This document shows positions 51,401 through 58,273 of a DNA stretch of 64,000 nucleotides, piece after piece (the stretch's first letter is position 1; the number at the start of each line of letters is the position of its first letter). The notes beneath the pieces are model-generated. The model searched no databases. It saw only the letters and a list, made by a program, of their open reading frames with translations, and was not told the DNA's origin. Source of the stretch: Candidatus Altimarinota bacterium (GTDB lineage: Bacteria; Patescibacteriota; Gracilibacteria; CAIRYL01; GCA-016699755). The stretch covers positions 64,001-128,000 of the forward strand of contig OY760935.1 in NCBI GenBank assembly GCA_963664295.1, given 5' to 3'. Made by a program: the position numbers and the translations under genes.

Positions 51401-53628
51401 TTGGTGATTACTACTTAATAGTACGTCCTGAAGATGTTGCAGGAAATGGACACATAGAAACAATTTCTGTTTCTGTAAGCCTTAATTCTAATCCTGCTCC
51501 GCCAACTTCATTGCAAGTTGAAGACCAAGGCGGAGAATCTGTTCCTGTTTCATCATTAACTCCAAGTTTTACAGCAGTGTTTAATGATAATGGTGGTGAT
51601 ACAACAAGTAATTATCGCATTCAAGTTGATGATAATAGCGACTTTTCAAGCCCTGTTTGGGATAGTGGCGCTGATACTGCCACAGCAATTACAACTTGTG
51701 CTGATTTACAAAATATCAACAATGATTTAACAGCAGATTATTATTTAGCAAATAATATCGATTGTGCAGATACTAGCTCTTGGAATAGTAATTCAGGATT
51801 TTTACCAATTGGTACACAATCAACTCCGTTTACAGGCACTTTTGATGGTCAAGGCTATGAAATACAAAATTTATTTATAGATAGAAGTGCAAGTAATAAT
51901 ATTGCTGTGTTTAGCTATATTGATAGCGCGAGAATATCGAATTTGTCTCTCACAAGCTTAGATATAACAGGCAATAACACAACAGCTGGATTAGTTGCCA
52001 ACATGAATAATTCTATTATTAGTGATTGCTCATCAGCAGGTTCAATTACAGGTAATGACACAGTTGGTGGCTTAATTGGTATTACAACAGGTGTTTCAAA
52101 AATATTAAAATCATTTGCCAATACAACATTAAATGCACATGACACAGCTGGCGGATTAGTGGGAAATAATAATGCAAAAATATTAAAATCATACGCCACA
52201 GGCTCAATCACAGCCAATGACAATGTAGGTGGTTTAGTAGGTGAAAGCAGTGGTGAAGGCAGGATCTTTTATTCCTATTCCGAAGCTACAATAAACGCTA
52301 ATTCCAATGTAGGTGGTTTAGCAGGATACAATCATACAGATAGCGAAATAGTAGATTCATACTCAAAAAGCAACATCACAGCCACCAGTTATGCTGGCGG
52401 AATAATAGGCAAAAATGAAAATGGCAGAATAAGCAGATCTTATGCCTCTGGTTCAATGTCAGGGTCTAATTTAAGTGGATTAGTAGCAAATAGTTTATTT
52501 ACAGAAATTTATGATTCTTATTGGGACACAGAAACAAGTGGACAAGCAAGTAATTCAAGTGGCGGAGATGGAAAAACAACAACGCAAATGTATCAACAAG
52601 CCACTTTTACAAATTGGGATTTTGCAGATACATGGACAATAAACGAAGGACTCGGTTATCCATATTTAAAATGGCAAGACGAAACAGGTGGCTTTAGTGG
52701 TACAGCAGGTACAAGAACTTCAGAAATAACTTATTCAGGACCAGATCTTGAAGATGGCACAACTTATTACTATCGTGTTAAGTTTTATGACCAGACAGGC
52801 GCAGAAGGTGATTGGAGCACAGAAACAGCAAGTTTTGATGTAGGTTTTGATTTTGATTCACTTTATAAACGCCAAGGAAATCATCAATTAACAGAAAAAA
52901 ACGCATTAACTGAAGAAGATATTAAAGTAGAACTAAAAACAGCCTATGGCGATCCAGCAGAAGCAGGAGATGGCGTAATAGATTTTCAAATAATTCAAAC
53001 ACCACAAAGCCCAGCAAGTGAAGGGTATGAATTACAAATGGGCACATCTGGACAAAATCCAACAGTAATTGACCCAAGTCACATTACAGTTGAAACAGAT
53101 GCAGAAGGAAAAGCCAGTGTAAAACTAAAAATGGGCGATAGAGCAGGAGATTATTTAATTAGATCAAAATATAATGACGGAACAAAAGATATTATTCAAG
53201 AATTCACAATAACTCAGCCAGAAAATTTTGAGCTCAATATGGACGCAACCAATATGAGTATGGCAAATGACTCATATAAACAATTAAGTGAATCAACTGT
53301 AAATATAACAACACAAACAAACGCTTCTAGCTATAAAGTATTAGTTCGACCAACAACTTGGCTCGAAAATCAATCAGCAACACACACTATTCAAAATTGG
53401 GACTCAGGCTCAAGCACAGGATTTGGTTGGAAAATAGACACAGATCCAACATTAAGTAGCTTTGAAGAACCACCTGCCTATACAGAAGTATATCATTGTC
53501 AAAGTACTGATAATTGTCAGGAATTAAAAAATATAACAATAGACCTAGGAACAGCAACAGATTTCAGCATACCAGCAGGTATATACACAGATGTTTTAGA
53601 TGTAAAAATAGAAGAAGTGCAATATTAA
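39424..53628 (+). CDS. Giant (4734 aa) secreted surface protein: acidic regions, tandem NHL beta-propeller repeats, Ig/FN3-like, LamG-like and GLUG-like domains
   Basis: Signal peptide (..PSSAIA); dozens of P.GV.SDG.KLFVAD..N.RVLIWN.IPT..GQ.AD.V.GQ.DF repeats (~42600-48810); WHHVALIR..FSGYLDEIRV; VGGLVG repeats. Confidence 0.9.
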   Translation: MKNKKQKTKKNGFFSNLGTKFIVLAFVFQCIFPSSAIAEKVVDDFSETAKTTEQDFEVATEDEVNITEETVNTEENSAENQEILENEEVEEVGTQQELEKLEPEETKENELEIEIKDAVVAPEEIKEEVKEESNQEENLNNQEDQFLKENTANQQKASLLDSIFPEEEDEPKEEFSEFGDEEENDKNKENSNNVDEETVSTPEIEALANVQPDLKKNSKEERKEAMEDKIVEKLIEREFTEKDLLISAKENGIESIKNENPEKAPELIEELKEEGVIATIIDNNGIERELNSELKIKEEKNHFNTKNTAYETEIPLEASDLMVIAEDEELAGKLIDSKEKKVIQQDFTPETREEIRYLMRDVNKSNAIQDGNKVLYQDIWEESDLLVTTLNQGIKEDIILKNSNAPLEFDYVIETVGLELVVKGDGGLSFVDRKGQEKFYTPPPNITDVNGFKSSNSIRYELGWGQQRPQTSEENTEETQEEVVPAEIETPTEENPVEQVEQETQEEQVEQEEVISGEEEFFAPEPKDPETSQASEENTEETQEEVVPAETETPTEETLVEQVEQETQEEQVEQEEVISGEEEFFAPEPKDPETSQTSEENTEETQEEVVPAEIETPTEENPVEQVEQEATPESEQVEQEATPESEQVEQEAQEEDIAEEIVSFGDFFVPEKRKAHFASYSEGIVRMKKQIFDPENYEKIIKKTYESVQEEVRNFSLIRNEHLFASSEQDADLFDFLVAEAGAEISEEEMLQAESAETTEEQAGESVDTTTETTEVFIEEDFTVEVEEVLDDTAETELEGNNQENNDENLLSQDENIDSTNLNDGQNNEQDLSLEQEGQAEQDEDNQGNVQESNLDNQDIIPEQEQVEEVDSQEDDFDQEEESAETDLSDQDDANSQTGEEIVSDTLENLETEEQISTEETTQEEANETEQENIQDFNEEEENTNQTEDQLQSAQEDQISSAEEEFFAPEVSVQDSNFDIRKFEIEQFKNSYEDYQEIETQNGILRRYKIKLKIETKKEIEQDQNAVTLKNGLTLSYPLDVDPTFYVVTFDSIEKETIAMGQASIYANLYNDNKDYWNLKSPSRVFKDSAGHFFVVDQQNHRVKIWNSEPTSYNDKPDIILGQFDEYATSSTSVTAGSFYQPYGIASDGTRLAITDNGRHRVLIWNTFPTENNQDADLVIGQTSLTASGSNNGGRDAGSLYYPSGVFMTNNKLLVADTNNHRVLIWNTFPTENNQDADIVLGQPDFTGGSANNGGRDAGSLYYPNGVWTDETKLMIADYYNHRVLIWNTFPTENNQDSDVVIGQTDFTSSSSSSAVNGLYRPRCVYFDGSKLFITSTSAHKVFIYNSIPSANGVSADITVGTGSASATQDRLNNPGGVFSDGTKLFVADTNNHRIMVWNSIPTTDSENADLVIGQTDFTSNITSLPMDGSELSSPGYVFKDINGRVFVADTSNNRVLIWDQQPTDFNVPADVVVGQSNMTSNSYSCSSTRLRYPQEVYSDGTKLFVLDTDNNRILIWNSIPTSNGQAADVVVGQDDFTTNSVNAGEGWSSNNKGFNEPYGFAVHDGKLLVADKENHRVLVWNSIPTSNGQVADLVIGQDDFGYNKSNRFSSLTTAPGHVFKDVNGHFYLADSSYNRVLIWFTEPLNDTTVPDLVLGQPNFIETTGNNGGYSKGLSDPYAVYNDGVRLFVADTGNNRVLIWNSMPTENHQAPDLVLGQPDMTTNSANYGGISASTFYRPTGVYSDGNKVYVYDRVNNRVLIWNSIPTSNGQAADLVLGQNDMTCTTNNNNGSCSGGSVADNNFYFYTNNNTHQPIAGDDTYFYVSDTYNHRVLVWNKANITTNMQSADFVVGQDDFTSSSYVQNNKNGLYRPNALAVSDSKLFIACDDGTLRIYNPKPTTNTKVANVIATNGFYTVFANNQKLYLPGARKVWSTIPTIDTSVHSFSYYFSKAPNAITANAFDTPYSVDVSSDGKMMVADYENSRVLIWNQIPNDNTTSADVVVGQMFFDKKTTGSDADSLNKPVDAFTDDERFYVVDRNNGRVLIWNQVPEENNASADFVVGQPDLITTGHNTGGIGENSLYNPAGAFSDGETMFIADQSNHRILVKPIDFIADYQISADMVIGQPSYYTNDIDHVEIQNLYQPTSVFKDSVGRFYVVDTKFNRIKIWNTEPADNSVEPDLVLGQLYHYRTTENDGGAGIGTMNQPFDAYSDGDRLVVSDGNNNRVLIWNEFPTNEDKNPDLVLGQTDFSGTYGNMATTITNKGLNAPRGVLIVNGKLVVADSSNNRVLIWNEFPTETGQPADVILGQPEIGVVTANNGGISASSMNGPTGLWSDGTKLFVADMGNNRVLVWNEFPTEIGEPADYVIGQADFVSNVSSNSASGLANPYDIESDGTRLFISLRPYNVIFVYNTIPTATGATADYVIGQSGFGSNSSTLDASHLYYPNEFFVDSSKVYVADNYHHRIMIWNSIPTTSGVSADKVIGPDDFTSTAENVRDGIGLRDPYDVHVDLNGKMFVVDNNNNRVLIWNSVPTDNKTPADVVLGQSNMSTNGYASGSTGLRNPQSVYSDGTKLFVADYGNNRVLIWNSIPTSNGQSADVVVGQTNFTNTGGSDSYTTDSDKLTRPTAVQVYNGKLLVADKESQRVLIWNSIPTTNGQDADVVIGQPNMTVKEYNFPETYHTSGDELSDLTKDSSGKYYFLDRGYNRVLIFNSKPSSRNQVPDVVVGQPNKYLIHANSGGSLTASTLKLPCGLAVYGTKLIVADSDNNRVLIWNTIPTTDGQSADVVLGQASFTSSSSNYGGRSASSLANPKDVAVTADGKLLVADQGNHRVLIWNTIPTANNASADVVMGQSDFTSNTTNGSDLIHLYVPRSITIEGDEILVAGNKSMIWSSLPTTNGESAYYYGGNYDKLLVKGDWLYYTYNNIYKTAWPLGASPSWELVGSAYTDNMEDLGDGDYFYTFSDYWEEWEIPCDACEDNYSTDITWGYHKEKRDDTLYNPEDLYVDGNGKLYIVDSLNYRILVYNSIPTSNGASADLVFGDSNYTLTPKAVFARDDGRVYVSDNYDRIQYWDSVSSVLDMPDKTFGQRELNGKEGTDTGPHTLTGAIYGIYGDDNGLYVADKDDNRVLIFKHSGAPSVNNLMQYENNGTTEIPTGESTYSGETNNIVIKADLNNPLNEIDQSQVKMFVEVQRLEDDFVSSGSEIYDIALMANDPENGNKVTSGTGIYQSTWSALGDYSSTAYESVINITDLDKRLYKWRAIAYNGSQYSYWQRKGSCQSFVIASATAPVFVSADQFKTDAVTNIPNTEYTNETAVRLKASGTDADSDSSLIFYFELRKNTDSFSSPAIPNMCDACPSGTGFDNCASKIWYVTLDEGDYTTTPGEGIVHILGLSNDEYKWQVNVSDGGNFAGWEAYNTTTPNFEVDYLVPVFTITDDVHATWNTTDTIAVSVVDQGPSDIDETYWTYSEDEFCNSEDVFANTGTSVDVADYQKYVCFKSFDNAGNFAYSSVIGPLKWDITGPTFTITDDINSTWNTSDTVEVSVADPNTPFGPDGSGIGATTNWGFSSNAICNASDNYGNSGTSTGAITTDHTDYVCFTNTDQLGNIGYSEAIGPLRVGTEKPTFTITDGVSHFWNTEDTIAVNVTASVGGDPGTTYWGFSSDPGCDDTDTYPNTGSSLLVNSGPHTDYICFTNTDTLARTGYSAPIGPLKWDTAKPVVTSLSVSPSSVNPGGIGNITTDVSDADSGINTCKAWLSDFPGLPALLLHSNNDNASTTFNDSSENDYTLNLHGNIKHSILQKKFGKSSIFFDGNSYLSIDNNDEWDFGTNDFTIDFWIYPQSNGASEHNGILSSIDTSNQGWSFELDDSENIRFFARDSGGTMFITLEGSTSLSLNTWHHVALIRNGDDFNLYVNGQSVDSDTKINAIDNLDNELWIGKRNNYHNFSGYLDEIRVIKGVARWTENFSGNLPSTIHADEIFLANLGTDCDGPASFPTEIGDYYLIVRPEDVAGNGHIETISVSVSLNSNPAPPTSLQVEDQGGESVPVSSLTPSFTAVFNDNGGDTTSNYRIQVDDNSDFSSPVWDSGADTATAITTCADLQNINNDLTADYYLANNIDCADTSSWNSNSGFLPIGTQSTPFTGTFDGQGYEIQNLFIDRSASNNIAVFSYIDSARISNLSLTSLDITGNNTTAGLVANMNNSIISDCSSAGSITGNDTVGGLIGITTGVSKILKSFANTTLNAHDTAGGLVGNNNAKILKSYATGSITANDNVGGLVGESSGEGRIFYSYSEATINANSNVGGLAGYNHTDSEIVDSYSKSNITATSYAGGIIGKNENGRISRSYASGSMSGSNLSGLVANSLFTEIYDSYWDTETSGQASNSSGGDGKTTTQMYQQATFTNWDFADTWTINEGLGYPYLKWQDETGGFSGTAGTRTSEITYSGPDLEDGTTYYYRVKFYDQTGAEGDWSTETASFDVGFDFDSLYKRQGNHQLTEKNALTEEDIKVELKTAYGDPAEAGDGVIDFQIIQTPQSPASEGYELQMGTSGQNPTVIDPSHITVETDAEGKASVKLKMGDRAGDYLIRSKYNDGTKDIIQEFTITQPENFELNMDATNMSMANDSYKQLSESTVNITTQTNASSYKVLVRPTTWLENQSATHTIQNWDSGSSTGFGWKIDTDPTLSSFEEPPAYTEVYHCQSTDNCQELKNITIDLGTATDFSIPAGIYTDVLDVKIEEVQY
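40835..41378 (+). repeat. Intragenic in-frame tandem repeats: 189 bp x about 2.5, then 33 bp x about 2.6
   Basis: CCTCAGAAGAAAATACAGAAG at 40835, 41024 and 41213; EQVEQEATPES repeats from about 41293. Confidence 0.9.
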
Positions 53629-53663
53629 ATAAGCTTGCTAGCAATTTTTATCATAAGCAAGAC

Positions 53664-53689
53664 AAAAGAGAGCCAAAAAGCTCTTTTTT
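53664..53689 (+). terminator. Intrinsic terminator after the giant gene
   Basis: AAAAGAGAGC-CAAAAA-GCTCTTTTTT. Confidence 0.65.
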
Positions 53690-53792
53690 GCTATAATAAA
53701 AACATTATTGTATAAAAAATTTATACAATAAATACTAGAAAACCCTTGACAAATAATTATATTAAAGTAAAATGCTTTCCTTTTTAAAAAAT

Positions 53793-54137
53793 ATGAAGAA
53801 AATAGACGCAAAATTTCTTTTAAACCCAGGAGAAAATCAACAACAAATTTTAACCACAGTAGTTGACACAGATTCATGTAATAGCAAAGTTGTTTCAGCA
53901 GACCTAGAGACCGGTGATTTAAAAACCACTCCAGGAACCTGTCCTATGCTTGCAGAAGAAAATGGAGCTATGGGTGATACTTGTGGCTTAACTAATGCTA
54001 TTAATCAATTTCTTAATACAAGCGAAACTGATGATTTAAGCGCAAGACTCGCAATGGTAAGAGAGGAGAAATTTTTAAATTGTCCCTTGTTTGCAACCTT
54101 GGAAATCATAGAACAAGTAAAAAAGATTAATATTTAA
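53793..54137 (+). CDS. Small hypothetical protein with four cysteines
   Basis: ORF preceded by TTGACA-16-TAAAAT (53746-53773), which favours ATG at 53793. Confidence 0.55.
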   Translation: MKKIDAKFLLNPGENQQQILTTVVDTDSCNSKVVSADLETGDLKTTPGTCPMLAEENGAMGDTCGLTNAINQFLNTSETDDLSARLAMVREEKFLNCPLFATLEIIEQVKKINI

Positions 54138-54799
54138 TGCACAAAGGATATTGCCATACCATCAAAGCCATTACCACTTGCGTTGGTAATAATTGTTGAA
54201 GAAATCCCTTTTTGTTCTGAAAGCATTTTATTAAAAGCTTGAACTCCCAAAACTTTTTCATCAGCAGATTGCTTGTCAAGTACCTTACCATTTCTAATAA
54301 CATTATCCGATACAATCAAAGCTCCAGATCTTGAATGCTGAAGTGCCCATTTAAAATATTTTATATAGGATGGCTTATGTGCATCCATAAAAAACATATC
54401 AAAAGACCCTATTTTTTCTTGGTCTAATTTTGATAATACCTCCAAAGCTTCACCAATTTTTATTTCAACCTTATCTTCTAATTTTGCATTTTTAATATTT
54501 TTTTGAGCAATTTCAGCATATTTAGGGTCAATTTCTATTGTAGTTACTTTTCCGTCTTTAGGAAGAGCTCTTGCAAGCCAAATTGTGCTATATCCACCTA
54601 ATGTACCAATTTCAAGAATTTTTTTTGCATTACATAAATAAGCTAATATTTGAAGAAATTTTCCTTGATTAGGAAAAATGCTATGTTGTGGCATATTTGC
54701 CCTATCTAAAGACTTAACTGTAGAGTGTAAGACTTTATCTTCTGGAGCTAATAGATCAGCAATATAACTATCGATTTTTTTGAATAATTGATTATTCAT
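54134..54799 (-). CDS. O-methyltransferase (catechol/caffeoyl-CoA OMT family, Methyltransf_3)
   Basis: QGKFL, ILEIGTLGGYSTIWLA, FDMFFMDAHK..Y, GALIVSDNV, FDG. Confidence 0.92.
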   Translation of the reverse strand: MNNQLFKKIDSYIADLLAPEDKVLHSTVKSLDRANMPQHSIFPNQGKFLQILAYLCNAKKILEIGTLGGYSTIWLARALPKDGKVTTIEIDPKYAEIAQKNIKNAKLEDKVEIKIGEALEVLSKLDQEKIGSFDMFFMDAHKPSYIKYFKWALQHSRSGALIVSDNVIRNGKVLDKQSADEKVLGVQAFNKMLSEQKGISSTIITNASGNGFDGMAISFVH

Positions 54800-54959
54800 T
54801 TAGTTTAAAATTCTTAATTTGATTATATCAAAACATAAAAAATAACATATTGAATTCGCCTTGAGCCTTTTTGACCTCTTAATTGTCAACGGGGTCATTG
54901 GTTCGCATAAGTTTTCATAATTAAAACAACCTCATTCCTACGGCATGAGAACATTTTAA

Positions 54960-55306
54960 TGGTGGAGCATATCGGACTCGCCCTCCGCTCCAAGTTTTCG
55001 TTTATAACGAAAAGCTTTCCACTTCGGGACACCGTTGACTCTTGATTATATGGGGTCATCGATTCGAGCTCAAATAAGCCTAATTAAAAAAATAACATGC
55101 TTTTAGCATGTTCTTTTTTTAATGGTGGAGCATATCGGACTCGCCCTCCGCTCCAAGTTTTCGTTTATAACGAAAAGCTTTCCACTTCGGGACACCGTTG
55201 ACTCTTGATTATATGGGGTCATCGATTCGAGCTCAAATAAGCCTAATTAAAAAAATAACATGCTTTTAGCATGTTCTTTTTTTAATGGTGGAGCATATCG
55301 GACTCG
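54960..55306 (-). repeat. Two tandem 163-bp units downstream of tRNA-Ala, each ending in the 21-nt tRNA 3' end
   Basis: TGGTGGAGCATATCGGACTCG at 54960, 55123 and 55286; intervening sequences identical. Confidence 0.95.
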
Positions 55307-55362
55307 AACCGATGACCCCCTGCTTGCAAAGCAGGTGCTCTAGCCAGCTGAGCTAATGCCCC
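55286..55362 (-). tRNA. tRNA-Ala(TGC)
   Basis: GGGGCAT...ATGCTCC-A-CCA with G3-U70, anticodon loop TT-TGC-AA. Confidence 0.97.
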
Positions 55363-55409
55363 ACATTTATTGCTAGACTTGAAACATTTTATACAAATTT
55401 TTTCTTAAA

Positions 55410-55652
55410 TCAAGGAAAAATTCTCCCCAAAGTTGCCTGCATAACGCCAGAAATTTGACCAGTAACACTCAAAAGCACAATTACAAACAAAATCATAGCA
55501 ATCAAGACCACAGCAGTATAAGACCCTCCCATACCAAGAAAGCGCTCTGCCCAGCCCCATTTTCCAGTAAATTCAATAATCTGTTTGCGCCATTTAATCA
55601 TCAAAAAAGTCAATCCACCACTAGCCAATAGCCAAATAACCTTACTAAACAT
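55410..55652 (-). CDS. Small two-TM membrane protein
   Basis: Two hydrophobic helices around GKWGWAERFLGMGGSY. Confidence 0.65.
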   Translation of the reverse strand: MFSKVIWLLASGGLTFLMIKWRKQIIEFTGKWGWAERFLGMGGSYTAVVLIAMILFVIVLLSVTGQISGVMQATLGRIFP

Positions 55653-55816
55653 AGAAAAAATAAATTATTTCCATTATTTTGACACATTTTGTGTTGGCTT
55701 ACAAATCACTTTCCAAAGTTTAGAAAATATGGCAAAGATACACTACAAATCTTGCTTTTTTGGCTATTTTATGAGACAATATTATGAATTATTTTCGCCA
55801 AGCTTAAAACAAAAAA

Positions 55817-58273
55817 ATGAAAACAATAATCAAAAAAACGGCTTTAATGTTTATATTATCACTATTTTTTGTTCCGCAATCACTTGCAAACAGCACTATT
55901 AATGTAAAAGTTAATGATACTATTGCAGGTTATGCGACTGTTTTGAAAACTTCTTATACAGAGCCGGACAAAGAAGTGATTTTTAGAATTACAAAGCCAG
56001 ACAACAGTGTTGTGGAAATTCAGGCTATGACCAATGAAATTGGTGTTGCTGAAGTTGATTTCACTAGTTTTCACACTAGAAAATCAGGTCAGTATGAAGT
56101 TGTTGCTTTTTTAGCAAATGAAAGCGATTATAATGCGCCAGTGAGCACTTTTGAAGTTTTTTCTGGTGATTTATCGCACACTACTTCTTCTGTTTATGTA
56201 GATCCACCTTCAATTTCTGCTGATGGTGTTGAAAAAGCTTTAATTAAAGTTTCCTTGCGTGATAAATATAATAATCCAGTTGAAAAACATAATTTAATGC
56301 TTGTTTCTTCTCGTCCTGGTGATGAAATTATTGAAGTAGATAATAAAAAAGCTGATAAGAATGGCAATGTTTATTTTCAAATTTCCTCAAAAGAAGCTGG
56401 TATTTCATATATTACTGTTTTGGATCAAATTACTGGTCAGGTTTTAGAAGATCGTGAAAAAATTGTTTTTTATGAACCAGATAATAACTATGGACAAGGT
56501 GGTAATTGGTTTGAAGCTAATATTTTTGGAGGTATTGACTCAGATGAGGGTAATGGCGATATAAGTGCCAATATAACTGATAGTGATGAGCTTTTTGGCC
56601 CTATTGACCATTTTGAAATTGATTTTCCAAACAAAGTGGAAGTTGGTAGTGATCAAAATTTTCTTACTATTATTGCTAAAGATAGTGATGGCAATGTTGT
56701 AAAGAGCTACACAGGAACAATAATTATCTCTACTCCTAATGATGAGAATGCAATTTTGCCTGGTGATGGCAGATATACCTATCAAGCTCGCGATCAAGGG
56801 GAAAGAACTTTTGATCTTGCTCTGATTTTTTCAAAATCCGGCAGGCAAATGATAGAGGTTTATGATTTTGATCCTGATACTGGAGAGATTTCTGAATTGA
56901 TTAAGGGTGAAAAAATTGTAGAAGTGACAGATGAAACAACAGGTCCTGTCACAAATCCAGATCCTTCAACAGAATTAGTAATTAAAAAGCCAGCAGATGG
57001 CTCTAGGTCTAACAGTTCTACGGTTGTTGTAGTGGGAAAAGGTAGGGCAAATACAAATTTAAAAATATTTATAGATGATGTAAAAGTTGCTGATGTAGAG
57101 GTTGATGCTGATGGTCTTTTTACAAAAGAGGTAAAAAATGTTAGCGATGGTCATCATTTAATTTTTGTAAAAGAAGCAGAAGGGTCACAGGAATCTTCTG
57201 CATCAATTGATTTTGAAGTTGATACAACTCCGCCATCATTAGATGAGCTTATTATTAAACCAGAGGGTGGTATAGAAGTTGATCAAGTTTTTGATATTGA
57301 GGTTTATTCTAGTCCAGATTTACCAAAAGTTGAATTTCAAGCAGGGGCAGTGCGCGAGACTTTAATAGAAGATGAAACAGAAAAAGGAAAATACACACTC
57401 AGAATTCCAGCACCAGCAGACCCAGGCGAATATCCAATCACAATTACATTAGTTGATGATCTTCAAAACACAGGTAAATATACAAATTCAGGTATACTTT
57501 CGGTTTTGCCAGCAGAAAATAAAACTCCAATTACAATAATTGGTTTCGAGGTTGCAGAAATAGGTGAAGATAGGGTGAAATTAAGCTGGGAAAGAATAGA
57601 AAATCTCACAGAAAATGCGCTTCAGCTTCAATTAAGTTATGGTACAAATAAATTTTATTTAAAAGATACAAAAACAATTGCCTTAGATTTAACAGAAACA
57701 GAAGTAAAATCTCTTGATGTAGATACAAACTACTTTTTCATGCTTTCTGTTCTAGATTCTTTTGGTGAAACTTTGTCAGAAAGCGGAATAATAAACGCAA
57801 AAACAACAGATGATGGACTTATTACCAATCCAGAGCCTCTTCATCCTTCAGCAAATGAACTTGTTGCTACTCCAGGCAATGGTCAGGTTTTTTTGCGCTG
57901 GACAAACACAAGTCCAAGTTTTTATGAATTAAAAGTTAACATTAACAATACTCCTTATTTTGAAACATTAAATTTTTCAGGAACTACAAGTAGTGCCAAT
58001 ATAACTAATTTAATAAATGGTCAAAAATATGTATTCACCATTAAGGCAAAAGACAGCACAGGTTCTTATTTAGACACAGAATATCCAATTGCAACAGCAA
58101 CTCCAGAATGGGATGGCACAGCACCACAAAACAATAACCCAATTATTCAAAACTACAATCCTCCACAAAATCAAGACACAGGACCACTTTCTGAAAAAAT
58201 TATATTTTCTTCAATATTAATTATTATTGCTGGTTTTTTATTTAGAAAAGCTTTTCTTATATATAAAAATTAA
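55817..58273 (+). CDS. Surface protein with Ig-like (invasin/Big) and FN3 domains and a C-terminal membrane anchor
   Basis: Signal peptide, ISADG...V.LRDKYNNPV, VDTTPP, FN3-like L.W...Y.F.I.A, C-terminal DTGP plus TM plus basic tail. Confidence 0.8.
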   Translation: MKTIIKKTALMFILSLFFVPQSLANSTINVKVNDTIAGYATVLKTSYTEPDKEVIFRITKPDNSVVEIQAMTNEIGVAEVDFTSFHTRKSGQYEVVAFLANESDYNAPVSTFEVFSGDLSHTTSSVYVDPPSISADGVEKALIKVSLRDKYNNPVEKHNLMLVSSRPGDEIIEVDNKKADKNGNVYFQISSKEAGISYITVLDQITGQVLEDREKIVFYEPDNNYGQGGNWFEANIFGGIDSDEGNGDISANITDSDELFGPIDHFEIDFPNKVEVGSDQNFLTIIAKDSDGNVVKSYTGTIIISTPNDENAILPGDGRYTYQARDQGERTFDLALIFSKSGRQMIEVYDFDPDTGEISELIKGEKIVEVTDETTGPVTNPDPSTELVIKKPADGSRSNSSTVVVVGKGRANTNLKIFIDDVKVADVEVDADGLFTKEVKNVSDGHHLIFVKEAEGSQESSASIDFEVDTTPPSLDELIIKPEGGIEVDQVFDIEVYSSPDLPKVEFQAGAVRETLIEDETEKGKYTLRIPAPADPGEYPITITLVDDLQNTGKYTNSGILSVLPAENKTPITIIGFEVAEIGEDRVKLSWERIENLTENALQLQLSYGTNKFYLKDTKTIALDLTETEVKSLDVDTNYFFMLSVLDSFGETLSESGIINAKTTDDGLITNPEPLHPSANELVATPGNGQVFLRWTNTSPSFYELKVNINNTPYFETLNFSGTTSSANITNLINGQKYVFTIKAKDSTGSYLDTEYPIATATPEWDGTAPQNNNPIIQNYNPPQNQDTGPLSEKIIFSSILIIIAGFLFRKAFLIYKN

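Noticed and set aside
54134-54799. TrmR partner of the U32 fusion (mo5U pathway)
   Set aside because: Same broad methyltransferase family, but 33 kb away with no linking evidence; it looks like a generic catechol-type OMT.
54960-55306. CRISPR array or additional functional tRNA-Ala genes
   Set aside because: Spacers are identical and 142 bp long; the copies contain only the last 21 nt of the tRNA.
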